Below are positions 42,321 to 52,310 of a stretch of 64,000 bases of DNA, one piece after another. Location: positions 3,360,001 through 3,424,000 of the forward strand of contig OZ244170.1 of assembly GCA_965216565.1 (NCBI GenBank), in the 5' to 3' direction. The first letter of the stretch is position 1. The number at the start of each line of letters is the position of its first letter. This DNA is from Bythopirellula sp. Its GTDB lineage: Bacteria > Planctomycetota > Planctomycetia > Pirellulales > Lacipirellulaceae. Below the pieces are notes generated by a model that saw only the letters and a list, made by a program, of their open reading frames with translations, was not told the origin of the DNA and ran no database searches. Made by a program: the position numbers and the translations under genes.

Positions 42321-42695
42321 CGCAAAGCTCCTTCTGCTTTTGCCCGTTTGTAATGCTGGTTCCGACCAGCCAATCAGCAGGGCAAGATTTGTTTAGCGAA
42401 TCGCCGGTTCTTAACTCTTAGTCCGAAAGCACAACGCCATTCGCCGGGGGTTTCCATCCACCTCGCTATCAGGTATCGACCCAGTCGCGAGAACGAGTCG
42501 AGCCAGCAAATTCGCTTTCCTGAGAATTCTGCTAAGAATCGGTGCTTAATTGGTAGACCTTACCGATTGAATCGATTCGCCTGCGGAATACGCAGTTGCA
42601 CCGTGCTACCGCAGTTGATGTCACAACTAGAATCCATTGCCCAGGCCGCAAAGCTTCACACGACTGCCAGCAATTTCAACAGCTTTTGGCTGCCC

Positions 42696-43409
42696 TCACT
42701 CTGCTGCAGAAAGCAGCTTCCAGCTTTTCACGAGCCACACCATCTGGCCTTCAGGAGTAGGCTTTCGCTCGAGCAGCACCCAGCAATCGAGCGGTTCCGC
42801 GTCGCCCCGAGCCAGCATGACACTGCAGCCAGCCTCCACCTGTCGGGCATCCCAGTTGAATTCGCAGCCGTGTAGCGTGAGCTTTACGTCGCCTTCCTTG
42901 TCCCAGGCGGAAATCGTTTCGACGGTCTCGTCACGAGCCAATTGCTGAGTGGCAATTGCCCGGTCGAATGTTGGCGGCGGTGCATTTGGTGCGGGAGAGC
43001 GGGGCATCATGTCGTACAGCCTTCTGGGGGTCATCAGGCTGGCCGCTTGATTCCAGTCTTCCGAAGCGGTGGCCTTCAGCCAATCCTGAGCGGTCTGTTC
43101 CGCTGAGCCCAGGGCCGCGGCATCGCGGACATAGCTATGAGCAACTGGGGCCATCAGAAATGCCACGCTGAGGGCTAATCCCGCTTTCGCCAAGAATCTG
43201 CCCGTTAGGGCTCCGTCGGAGGCTGCAATTCTCAGCAGCGCCAAACAGGCAATCGCGATCCCACACACCGGAATCACAGAGAAAATGGGCGATGCAAACA
43301 GAAGCGGCGAGGCAGCTCCCATCAGAAGTGCCAAGACGGCCAAAGTACTGAGAGACTGGTATTGGCCTAGTTCATCGGCATTGTGTGCGGGGAGGGCAAT
43401 ATCGTTCAT
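42696..43409 (-). CDS. Membrane protein (DUF4190-like N-terminus)
   Basis: YQSLSTLAVLAL...LTGRFLAKAGL; 3 TM helices; ORF extends to 43451. Confidence 0.7.
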   Translation of the reverse strand: MNDIALPAHNADELGQYQSLSTLAVLALLMGAASPLLFASPIFSVIPVCGIAIACLALLRIAASDGALTGRFLAKAGLALSVAFLMAPVAHSYVRDAAALGSAEQTAQDWLKATASEDWNQAASLMTPRRLYDMMPRSPAPNAPPPTFDRAIATQQLARDETVETISAWDKEGDVKLTLHGCEFNWDARQVEAGCSVMLARGDAEPLDCWVLLERKPTPEGQMVWLVKSWKLLSAAE

Positions 43410-43459
43410 CACGGGGCTGGAACCATCTGGCGATCGGGGCGAGAACTGCAACTGCCATT

Positions 43460-43960
43460 CTAGGCAGTGGATTCCTCGCTTCCAAGCGGCTCGTTAAATA
43501 CCCGGGATTGAAGAATCAAGCCGCACAGAAACAACTGAATCAACGGAATATCCGTGGCCGTGATCACCGAAAACCCGCAGCGGTGCCAGAAAAACTGTTG
43601 TTGCCACTCACTCGCCTCGGCCCACCACGTAAATCTCTGAAAAATGACGATCGCCAGAATCCCAACGATGGACACGCCAACAAGCGACCACCCCAGCCAA
43701 CGCTTCGTACGGCTCGGCAGCGCCGAATTCCGTCCCACAAGGAGAACTACTGCGCCCAATAAGACGCACCAAGCCAGATGACAACCGACAATGGCTTGCA
43801 GCGGAGGCCCGCAGCCCCAGGCCCCACAAATCGCATGTCCCCAGTCACTCTTTAGATTGGCGATGGCCAGCGCCGCGTACAGCATTCCTGCCCAAACAAC
43901 GAGCCCCAGCACCCGGGGCACTGTAAGCAACTGCTGCGGTTGGGCAAGTGATTGACTCAT
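43460..43960 (-). CDS. Hypothetical membrane protein with HAICGAWGC loop
   Basis: 4 TM helices; His/Cys-rich loop. Confidence 0.7.
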   Translation of the reverse strand: MSQSLAQPQQLLTVPRVLGLVVWAGMLYAALAIANLKSDWGHAICGAWGCGPPLQAIVGCHLAWCVLLGAVVLLVGRNSALPSRTKRWLGWSLVGVSIVGILAIVIFQRFTWWAEASEWQQQFFWHRCGFSVITATDIPLIQLFLCGLILQSRVFNEPLGSEESTA

Positions 43961-44013
43961 CCAATTCGAGCCTTGGCCATGCTAAGACCTGAAACGGCAC
44001 GCAAGCTCGACAC

Positions 44014-44232
44014 CTAGACGATTCTCAATTCGCTCTCGTCATCATCGTCATCCTTGTCATCGTCCTTCTTTCCTGATTTGGCCAGAACTACCTCTTCATC
44101 ATCGTCTTGGTCCTCGTCCTTCTTGCCCGACTTCACCAAGACAGCTGCGTCGTCCGCGGTCTCGAAGTGGTAGGCGTCTGCAAACAGAAACGAAAACATC
44201 AAAGTGCAAAGAACAATCCAGCCAATTTTCAT
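44014..44232 (-). CDS. Small secreted acidic protein with duplicated KSGKKD-acidic motif
   Basis: GGAG RBS, signal peptide, LVKSGKKDEDQDDDEE / LAKSGKKDDDKDDDDE. Confidence 0.65.
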   Translation of the reverse strand: MKIGWIVLCTLMFSFLFADAYHFETADDAAVLVKSGKKDEDQDDDEEVVLAKSGKKDDDKDDDDDESELRIV

Positions 44233-44495
44233 CGGAATCTCCAAGTTTTAATTCGTACTATCATGTGTCATAGACAACCGCGTCAAAGGTGAACCGTGCA
44301 GTATAGTGCTTCACGGTTCCATTTTCCGCCCACTGAGCGGATTTCAAAGAATTTAGCTCACACAGATAATACTAACGTTCCCGGATCCCTAGCAATGTTT
44401 GCAAATTCACAGTTCACAGGCAGCGGTTCCATTTAAGCTAAGTCCGTTAGTCCCCGCAAATCCCTCCTGCAGGGCGACTTTCTGGAGAAGCTTGC

Positions 44496-45620
44496 ATGAT
44501 CTCAGCAGAAGATCACGAATCGGATCGATCCGATCCTACTATCCCAGCTAGCGACGCGGTCCATTCCGATTCCATGCCTAGGGCTCAGACGTTCTCTTTG
44601 TTGAGAATCACATTGACCGTGATCGGAGCGATGGCCATCATCGCGCCCCTCATCATTTACTTTGAGTCCGGGTACTTTGAATCCGGGAATGGACATTCTC
44701 CAGGACGAGGGCATCTCGGCGCTTCTTCTGGCGGATCGGGAATGAAAAACTCTCCGCCGTTCGATCTGTCGAACAGCACCGTGCCTGCGTCCCAGATTCG
44801 TCATGGCGGACCAGCCAAGGATGGGATCCCAGCGCTGTCCCGACCCAAATGGCTTACTGCCAGCGACGCCAGTTATCTAGGACCAGAAAATCGAGTAATT
44901 GGCGTCTCGGTCGGGGGCCAATCGCGTGCCTACCCCCTGCTGATCCTCAATTACCACGAAATCGTCAATGATCAGTTGGCGGATCAACCAGTGGCCGTGA
45001 CCTACTGCCCTCTGTGCGATTCAGCAGCAGCATTCGACCGCCGTACAGAACTTGGATTGCGCGAGTTCGGCGTTTCTGGGCTCCTGTTCAATAGCAATGT
45101 ACTGATGTACGACCGCACCAAGGATATTGAGAGCTTGTGGTCACAGGTTAAGGCAGAAGGCATATCAGGCCCCGGGGCAAATCGATCGCTCCGATCGATT
45201 CCCATAGAATTGACCACTTGGAAAGACTGGAAAACTCGACACCCGAATACAACGGTTCTTTCCCAAGAAACTGGTCACAATCGTCTTTATGCCCGGGATC
45301 CATATCATGGCTACCTCGAGAGATCTGAGTTGATGTTCCCCGCCGAGCCGCAAAGCGATCGATTGCCTGCGAAAGAGCGAGTCCTGGGAGTTTGGTCTGA
45401 GAACAAGTGGCGTGCCTATCCGCAATCGGAATTCAGTGCCAAGCACAAACGTGTGGAAGAAACTATCGAGGGCAGGCAACTAGTGGTCGAGTTTAATCCA
45501 GACGCGAATAGCCTGCGCGTCGCTAAGGCCGACAAGGGCATCCAGTGGATGTATTCGCTTTGGTTCGCCTGGTTTGCCATGCATCCGGAGACGGAGATCT
45601 ATCGAAGCGAATCCGATTGA
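44496..45620 (+). CDS. DUF3179-domain protein (CxxC)
   Basis: GGPAKDGIPAL, HEIVND, TYCPLC, FGVSGLL, SLWSQ, WFAWFAMHP. Confidence 0.88.
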   Translation: MISAEDHESDRSDPTIPASDAVHSDSMPRAQTFSLLRITLTVIGAMAIIAPLIIYFESGYFESGNGHSPGRGHLGASSGGSGMKNSPPFDLSNSTVPASQIRHGGPAKDGIPALSRPKWLTASDASYLGPENRVIGVSVGGQSRAYPLLILNYHEIVNDQLADQPVAVTYCPLCDSAAAFDRRTELGLREFGVSGLLFNSNVLMYDRTKDIESLWSQVKAEGISGPGANRSLRSIPIELTTWKDWKTRHPNTTVLSQETGHNRLYARDPYHGYLERSELMFPAEPQSDRLPAKERVLGVWSENKWRAYPQSEFSAKHKRVEETIEGRQLVVEFNPDANSLRVAKADKGIQWMYSLWFAWFAMHPETEIYRSESD

Positions 45621-47230
45621 GGTTTCTCTCTACTCTGCCAATAAGCGGTAAGCCCCAGCGCGACCAGCCACGGTCCGTACTCGAGCCAGGTCAGCACAAA
45701 ATCGAAGAACTGCGGACCGTTGTATCCGGTCGCAAAGATGAGTTGTGCGCCCATGTGATAACGAAGATAGAACCGCAAGTAGTACAACAACGCAAGCCCG
45801 GAGACAGCCCACCACACTCGGTTTCGGGCAAACGGCAAGAAAGGGAGTGCCCACGTCCAGTACCAGGGATTCTGGGTAGGCGCGAGTAGCCAAAACCATG
45901 CAAGGGTAAGAAAGACCCCCTCCAACAGTAGTTCGGCACTGCCATGCCGATAAATATTTCTGGCAATAGCCATGGCAACAATTAGGAACACGCAACCGGT
46001 GAGCGCCCTGGTCACCAAAAATGCTGCGGTCTTTCTGTTGGTCCCCAGAGCTCTCGCAATCGGCGCAATGCACGCCTGTCGCCAAGCGTTTGGGACAACG
46101 GCGAACCAGACATCCGGCCGAGAAGAATTCTCCGCGACCGGACGGATGTTTTCGTAAACCAGCATGAACAAAAAATCATTCATCTCCCATTCTGTGAGAA
46201 AAGCCTTTAAGCCGGTTGTGTGTTCCATCTCTGCCGTCAGATTCGCCGGCGGAGCAGGTTTTGTCAGAAACATCGGCGCTAAGCAGATGGCAGCGAGCAC
46301 CATGGAACAGCTGAGATAGGTGATTGCGGAGCGAGTAGATACCTTGGCTGCTATGGCAGCTACTAAAACCGGTAATAGTACCACGGGGTAGAGCTTCGCG
46401 CCGATTGCCAACGTGGTTGTGAGGATGGCGCCAAAAAGTAACCAGAAATTCGATTTCGCTTTTTCTCTCAGCATCAATCGAACTACACAAGTCGCCGCAG
46501 CGAGGGAGAAAAACACCGCGATGGAATCGAGATGCCCGCTATTGGCAAATTCCTTCAGCACCAAGGGGCACCAAGCATAGGCTATCAACCAGCCTCGATG
46601 TCGTCCGATAGTTCGTAACAAGATCCCTAGCAAGACGATGGTTGCCAGGTCGAACAAGACTAGCACACTCTTGAGGATAGTGACCCGCTGTTCAATGTCG
46701 GCATCCTCGGGCGTAAGCACATCTCCGAGGGCAAAGACGGCCTGACTCACGGGTGGATAACACGTGGGCAGCTCAGCGAAGTGAATTCGATCGAGTACTT
46801 CGCTCAAATCAGCTGAGCTTCCCCGCAAATCGAACAACTGCTGGAGGTTGGCTGAATCGTGGATGGTGGCAACCGGCTCGCGTACTTGCTTTGGAGCGTA
46901 GCGATACGGATTCCCTCCCTCCGCGACGACCGCCCCATCCCATAAGTAGCGATATAGATCAAGTTCCTGAATCATGTGGCTGGGTAGCAGAACAGCTCTC
47001 AGCACGATGGCAACGACCACGATTAACCCTGCCAGCCTTGCCGAATCGTCGCACTTGAGTGCCGCAATCAACGAAAAGATGTAAACCGCGAAGCAACTAA
47101 CGATTAAAGCGAGAAAGACCAACAGCGGCCGCTCTTGTTCCACGGTGCCGTAGGCGAAATCACCGCTGAGCCACGCCAGCGCTCCGTAAAGCATCCCTTG
47201 AATAACAGCGAGAAACAGCAGGCTACGCAT
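45599..47230 (-). CDS. Polytopic GT-C/GT87-like glycosyltransferase
   Basis: DLYRYLWDG, NPY, YPP, AWCPLV, SGHLD, PWY. Confidence 0.8.
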   Translation of the reverse strand: MRSLLFLAVIQGMLYGALAWLSGDFAYGTVEQERPLLVFLALIVSCFAVYIFSLIAALKCDDSARLAGLIVVVAIVLRAVLLPSHMIQELDLYRYLWDGAVVAEGGNPYRYAPKQVREPVATIHDSANLQQLFDLRGSSADLSEVLDRIHFAELPTCYPPVSQAVFALGDVLTPEDADIEQRVTILKSVLVLFDLATIVLLGILLRTIGRHRGWLIAYAWCPLVLKEFANSGHLDSIAVFFSLAAATCVVRLMLREKAKSNFWLLFGAILTTTLAIGAKLYPVVLLPVLVAAIAAKVSTRSAITYLSCSMVLAAICLAPMFLTKPAPPANLTAEMEHTTGLKAFLTEWEMNDFLFMLVYENIRPVAENSSRPDVWFAVVPNAWRQACIAPIARALGTNRKTAAFLVTRALTGCVFLIVAMAIARNIYRHGSAELLLEGVFLTLAWFWLLAPTQNPWYWTWALPFLPFARNRVWWAVSGLALLYYLRFYLRYHMGAQLIFATGYNGPQFFDFVLTWLEYGPWLVALGLTAYWQSREKPQSDSLR

Positions 47231-47238
47231 TGCAAAGA

Positions 47239-48081
47239 CTAGCTCTCAAGTTGCCGGGGCAGTGGAGAGTTCGGTTCACTTAGTCGTCGCAGCTCTTTTC
47301 GTCGTGGTCCGATTGCGTGCCTGGCGATGGTGTAGAGTATTTTGCCGCCCGCCTTAATCGTGCCCGAGAGCGTGCCACTGATCTTGCTTTGCCCGATGCG
47401 TTTTCGGTAAGGCACCGGGATCTCTTCAATTCGCAGCCCAGCCGCGACGGCCTTAATCTGCATCTCGATCGTCCAACCGAAATTGCGGTCGTCCATTCGC
47501 AGACGCTGGAGTGCGTCGTATCGAATCAGGCGAAAAGGCCCCAAGTCGGTGTAACGATGTCCCCAGATCCATCGCATGAGAAAACAGGCTAACCCGTTGC
47601 CTAGCACACTCTGCAGTGGCATCGCCCCTGGCTCGCGCTCACCCATCAATCGCGAGCCCAAGACCAGATCGGCACGGCCACGAAGAATTGGCTCGGCCAG
47701 CGAAGGCATCAAATGCACGTGATCGCTGTAGTCGGCATCGACAAACGCTACGATCTGCGGAGTTTCTAGTTTGCCCGATTCTATTGCACTTTCGATCGCA
47801 GCCAAACCGGCCAAACAAGCTGCTCCGTAACCCGCCTGCGGCTCATCGACCACCAGGGCCCCAGCCTCCCGGGCCAATTCTGCCGTGCGATCTGTAGAGC
47901 CATTGTTCGCAACAACCACTCGATCGACTACGGGCAAATCCCGCAGCACCAATGGCAACGAAGCTTGCTCATTACGTGCTGGAATGATGACCACCACACC
48001 AGCTAGATGGGGGGAGGCTGCGGTGGTTTCCGTACTGGAACACGCTGTAGATTCTGATCTGGTGTTCGACGTTACCGACAT
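47239..48081 (-). CDS. GT2 glycosyltransferase (polyprenol-phosphate sugar synthase-like)
   Basis: IIPARNE, NNGSTD, DADYSD, DLGPFR, GWTIEMQ. Confidence 0.9.
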   Translation of the reverse strand: MSVTSNTRSESTACSSTETTAASPHLAGVVVIIPARNEQASLPLVLRDLPVVDRVVVANNGSTDRTAELAREAGALVVDEPQAGYGAACLAGLAAIESAIESGKLETPQIVAFVDADYSDHVHLMPSLAEPILRGRADLVLGSRLMGEREPGAMPLQSVLGNGLACFLMRWIWGHRYTDLGPFRLIRYDALQRLRMDDRNFGWTIEMQIKAVAAGLRIEEIPVPYRKRIGQSKISGTLSGTIKAGGKILYTIARHAIGPRRKELRRLSEPNSPLPRQLES

Positions 48082-48125
48082 TCAATGCTCGCTGAGTAAT
48101 GAACGGCGGCTTCGTCGGTTCGCTT

Positions 48126-48365
48126 TTACCGCGTCCCCGAGCCACCATATCCGCCAGATGTTCCACTATAGGATGGCGTCGTACTGGAACCTTCGTAAGT
48201 GCCGGGAGCATAACTGGCTCCCGAGTACGTCGGTACGCTGCAGCTTCCGCCTGAACATCCACAACTTCCGTCGCGACATCCACGTGCTGAATAGCAGCCT
48301 GAAGTCCAAAGTGTCACAACCGCCAAACACGCCATTATTACACTAGAAGAAAAACCTCGCTTCAT
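48126..48365 (-). CDS. Small Cys/Gly/Ser-rich putative lipoprotein
   Basis: Lipobox-like TSGC followed by GCRDGSCGCSGGSC. Confidence 0.6.
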   Translation of the reverse strand: MKRGFSSSVIMACLAVVTLWTSGCYSARGCRDGSCGCSGGSCSVPTYSGASYAPGTYEGSSTTPSYSGTSGGYGGSGTR

Positions 48366-48447
48366 GCCTGCTTCCTTTCGATATTAAACGCATCGTCGTT
48401 GGAAAGATAGAGAACTCATCTCATCGAACATCCTAAGTCCGATACTC

Positions 48448-48463
48448 TGTGGACTGCGTCACA
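48448..48463. promoter_or_regulatory. CRP-like box
   Basis: TGTGG-actgcg-TCACA (9/10 to consensus) in a divergent intergenic region. Confidence 0.55.
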
Positions 48464-48668
48464 TTCGCACTGAAGATTACGGTTCCCACGGTCGAAAGTT
48501 CGCCAGCAGACACTAATCTTGTCAGAAGCCCAACGAACCGATCGCTAACAAGGGGCGGCTACGATAGTATTCAGTCGAAATGACGTCGGTGAGATTGACT
48601 ACACAAAGCCCCAAACCGATCATCTATGCTAGCGAACCGTAGGGTTCAAACCTAGTGAGAAGGGATTT

Positions 48669-49427
48669 ATGGGAAAGCTATTGCCAACAGAACATTGCGA
48701 AACTAGCCCGCTTAGCATCGATAGCAGTTGCCCATTGCTGGCAACAGTTTCAGTCGTCGTGCCGATCGGTCCGGGCGATGAATCGTGGCGTGAATTAATC
48801 GGCGATCTTCAACACTTACCCACCGATGCCGAAGTGATTCTTGTGGCCACTGCGGCGGAGCCAGAAGACTTTCAACGATTGGCTACGGTTCATAAATCAA
48901 CTTGCCCAGTGCATTGGATAGTGACCCAGGCAGGCCGTGCCCATCAGCTCAACGTGGGCGTGGACAGGGCCTTAGGCGACTTTGTTTGGCTGTTGCATGC
49001 CGATACTCGAGTTCCCATCGATGCCTTCCCGGCTTTGGAAGATGCACTCTCCTCCGGTGTCGAGGCGCTCTACTACTTCGATTTGCAATTCCGCCAAGAT
49101 GGGCCGTGGAACACGCGTTGGAATACGGGAGGGGTACGTTTTCGGTCTGAGTATTTGGGACTTCCTTTTGGAGATCAAGGTTTTTGCCTGAGTCGCGTTA
49201 TCCTGAATCGATTGGGCAACTTTGACGAGAGCGCCCCCTACGGCGAAGACCATCTACTGGTGTGGGCGGCGCGGAGAAACGGGGTGCCATTGCGACGTGT
49301 CGACGCAACGCTGACCACCAGCGCCCGCAAATACGCCAAGTCGGGTTGGGTGCGAACGACCCTCTTGCACCTCTGGCGAACCGCTCGGCAGGCGCTTCCC
49401 GAGTGGTGGAAGTACGTGCGGGGGTGA
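48669..49427 (+). CDS. GT2 glycosyltransferase, TIGR04283-like
   Basis: GRAHQLNVG, LLHADT, LPFGDQG, TTSARKY. Confidence 0.85.
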   Translation: MGKLLPTEHCETSPLSIDSSCPLLATVSVVVPIGPGDESWRELIGDLQHLPTDAEVILVATAAEPEDFQRLATVHKSTCPVHWIVTQAGRAHQLNVGVDRALGDFVWLLHADTRVPIDAFPALEDALSSGVEALYYFDLQFRQDGPWNTRWNTGGVRFRSEYLGLPFGDQGFCLSRVILNRLGNFDESAPYGEDHLLVWAARRNGVPLRRVDATLTTSARKYAKSGWVRTTLLHLWRTARQALPEWWKYVRG

Positions 49428-49428
49428 G

Positions 49429-50274
49429 TTACCAGTTGTAACGCACGAGATACCAGCCGTCGCCAAAAGACGTTTTACGCGATAGCATGTGGTCCCCGGA
49501 TAGTCCATTGTGAAATGAACTCGGCTGTGATTTATCTGGATGCCATTCGACATAATCTCCATATTCGCTCCCTGATAATAAGAAGCGGAGTGCACCCCCG
49601 TCAGAACGAATCACCTCGGTGAGTCTTACGTCACTTTCTGGTAACGAAGGTGAAATCAAAAGAATCAGAGTGTTAGGATTACTAATCGGATATGCCTTAT
49701 AGGGTCCGATTGTTGGCGACTTGCTATCCTGCGTCGGCCATTCGCTGTCCAACTCCTCGGCAATAGGCTTGAGGCGATCTACAAGCTTCTCAACTCTTGC
49801 TTGTTTCCCATACCAACTAATGCCGGGAAGACTTACCGTTAGACCTATGCTGAAGCATATTAGTGTCATGAATACGAATACTGACTTTAGGCTTCGATAT
49901 GGCTTGGGACCTCTCCAATATCCGTACACCAGCAGAAACAAGATGGTCAGTACTGCCCAGGTGACTGAATCAACTATAAGTCCGGGAGAGATTGCCGCTT
50001 GACTAGGATTGCGAGTATCGAGCTGGTCAAAAAGAATAGATTCTCCGGCCAATCTTCCTCCGAAATAGGCTTGTAGGTTTAGGCTAGCCAATTCGAACCT
50101 TGGATCGAGATAAGCCCAAATTGCAATGGCCACCAATAGGATAAACGCGATCGTCCACAAATGCCGCGGCCCACTGTCCAGCAAGAATCGCAATACTCCT
50201 CGCGGATAGCTAAGCCAGCGCGGAGTGCTTCCAGGGAGTTTTTTCGAATCAGTACTGTCGACAAGAACGGCCAT
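49429..50274 (-). CDS. Hypothetical membrane protein
   Basis: 3 TM helices; AT-richer ORF. Confidence 0.65.
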   Translation of the reverse strand: MAVLVDSTDSKKLPGSTPRWLSYPRGVLRFLLDSGPRHLWTIAFILLVAIAIWAYLDPRFELASLNLQAYFGGRLAGESILFDQLDTRNPSQAAISPGLIVDSVTWAVLTILFLLVYGYWRGPKPYRSLKSVFVFMTLICFSIGLTVSLPGISWYGKQARVEKLVDRLKPIAEELDSEWPTQDSKSPTIGPYKAYPISNPNTLILLISPSLPESDVRLTEVIRSDGGALRFLLSGSEYGDYVEWHPDKSQPSSFHNGLSGDHMLSRKTSFGDGWYLVRYNW

Positions 50275-50382
50275 CCCTCTATTCTAGGCGCTCAAGTTGG
50301 CCCAGACGACAGCTAGATTTTGAGTCACCCCGTAGCCGCGACTCTACGAGCCGCCGGGCCCCGGCTAGCCGTAGGCGAGCGG

Positions 50383-51219
50383 CTAATTCGTCGAACTCTT
50401 GGACTGGTCATTCAGCCCCCAGTCGTAGTCCAGGTATTCCACCTCCGCTTTGCCGCTGGCGACAAAGCCGCGAACATCCTCCGGAACATACGGCGCAATC
50501 GTCTGGAGTTGCTCGGCAGTCGTTTTGCCGAAGTCCTCGGCGAACCAATCCAGAATCGGCGACACAGAGACTACATTTTCAGCTCGATTGACGCGAAACT
50601 TCTCGCGATCGGCAAAAAAGTGCTTCGCATTCGTGGTCAGCTGCGCGTCGAGCTTGGCCGTCTCGTAGGCTTCATTGAGCAATCGTGGGCAGCCGATCGA
50701 TGCACAAACTATCGCAAAGTGAATCCGCGGTTCGCCCAGCTTGCGGAGCACTTTGTGCTCCATGTCATTGAGCGAGTACGGCTTGCCTGCCACCAGCAGT
50801 TGCAGGTCGTCCCAAATGTTGTAGCCCCAGACTTTGGCTGTGTGATTGCGAATGCTGCTGGTAGGATACTCTCGCAAAATGCCTTGGACCGTTACCGCAT
50901 TGTAGGCATTGATCCAAAAAGCCAGCTTTACCTTCTTCTCAGTCTTTTCTGTGAACGAAGCTGGGGATAGATGATCGAGGTACCGGTCAAGAAGTTGCAC
51001 GTCCGCGGGAGTAGCTTTCCACTTCTTGTAGTCGACCATTCCGACCTTGTCTACGTACCTGGACAACAGCGCGTTCCAGCTCGAATGGTCGATCTTCTCC
51101 GCCGCAATCAATTGCGAGCCGCTGACCATCTCTCCGACCGTAACGGTTGCGGCCGATGCAGAAAGGCCCTGGGCTCCAAGCAGAGTGAATAGCAGCAATT
51201 GACTATAGCAACGTCTCAT
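50383..51219 (-). CDS. DUF547-domain secreted protein
   Basis: LAFWINAYN, EPRIHFAIVCASIGCP, YDWGLN. Confidence 0.92.
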   Translation of the reverse strand: MRRCYSQLLLFTLLGAQGLSASAATVTVGEMVSGSQLIAAEKIDHSSWNALLSRYVDKVGMVDYKKWKATPADVQLLDRYLDHLSPASFTEKTEKKVKLAFWINAYNAVTVQGILREYPTSSIRNHTAKVWGYNIWDDLQLLVAGKPYSLNDMEHKVLRKLGEPRIHFAIVCASIGCPRLLNEAYETAKLDAQLTTNAKHFFADREKFRVNRAENVVSVSPILDWFAEDFGKTTAEQLQTIAPYVPEDVRGFVASGKAEVEYLDYDWGLNDQSKSSTN

Positions 51220-51418
51220 AGAACACTCTTTTCTCGATTGTTTCGGACGATTTTAGTTTCCTATTTCTCATAGGCCTACCCGTTTGTCGGGTCAGCCGCC
51301 TAAAACTTACAGAGAACTTTCGCCGGTAGAAATATCGGATCAGATGCACGTTCTTTGTTCCTCGGTGACTGTGATCCATTGCTATCAGCATAGGTTGCAA
51401 AAGGTTTCTGCGGTGTTG

Positions 51419-51434
51419 TGTGAGACACTTCACA
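51419..51434. promoter_or_regulatory. Consensus CRP box
   Basis: TGTGA-gacact-TCACA between the divergent DUF547 and Crp genes. Confidence 0.7.
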
Positions 51435-51557
51435 CTGCAGGCAACATTTTCACTTGTGGCTTGTAAGAATGCGGCGAGACTGTCGTCTAGCTAACAGTTC
51501 TCAAGCTCCGACCCTGACCCATCAGAAAAACTGAAACTTCGACAAGGAACAAAACCC

Positions 51558-52310
51558 ATGGCTGACAGACTTTGGCATCTAAAAAACTGCGAGCTATTCC
51601 GGAAGCTTTCACCCGAAGAAACTGCCTATATCGAGAGCAATAGTTTCTCCCGCACCTACCCGGCCCGCAGTTCAGTTTACTTGCCTAACGAGAACGCCGA
51701 CGCTGTTTTCCTGGTGGCTGACGGAATGGTGAAGGTTTCCAGCTTGGGGTCGGACGGCAAAGAGTCAATTCTTACTTTCATTGGCCAGGGCGAAGTTTTC
51801 GGTGAATTAGCATTAATAGACGTGGGGTGTCGTGACGAATTGGTCGAAGCGGTGTCCCGGACGACCGTTGTGATGATCCCTGCTGAAATTATTCACCGTG
51901 TGATTGCCAGGCGTAGCGACTTGGCCCTTGCCGTGACCAAGCTCGTAGGCCTGCGTCGGCAACGAATCGAGCGCCGGTTGAAAAACTTGCTGTTCCAATC
52001 AAGCCGCGAACGCTTGATACACTTGCTCCTCGACCTAGAAGAACAGTTTGGCCAAGAAACGACAGACGGGATTCAACTCCGCCTGAAACTCTCGCATCAA
52101 GACATGGCCAATCTCATCGGCACCACTCGCGAAACTGTCACTGGAATCCTGGGCGACCTTCGCAACGAGAAGCTGGTTCAGTGCCAACGCTGCAAGGTGG
52201 TGCTAACCCAACCGGCTCGACTGGCCAAATGCGTTCACCGCGTCCATACGCGGAGACCCGCTGCGGCAGCACCCGTCTCCTATACCCAATCGGCCTGGGC
52301 TACTTCCTAG
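51558..52310 (+). CDS. Crp/Fnr-family transcriptional regulator
   Basis: GEVFGELA cNMP-fold motif; HTH SHQDMANLIGTTRETVT. Confidence 0.93.
   Translation: MADRLWHLKNCELFRKLSPEETAYIESNSFSRTYPARSSVYLPNENADAVFLVADGMVKVSSLGSDGKESILTFIGQGEVFGELALIDVGCRDELVEAVSRTTVVMIPAEIIHRVIARRSDLALAVTKLVGLRRQRIERRLKNLLFQSSRERLIHLLLDLEEQFGQETTDGIQLRLKLSHQDMANLIGTTRETVTGILGDLRNEKLVQCQRCKVVLTQPARLAKCVHRVHTRRPAAAAPVSYTQSAWATS

Noticed and set aside
41974..42396. Plus-strand ORF with PQQLS repeats
   Set aside because: Antisense shadow of the CCGDx repeat in the porin gene
44496..45620. Selenocysteine in the DUF3179 protein
   Set aside because: Both motif residues are Cys codons and there is no in-frame TGA
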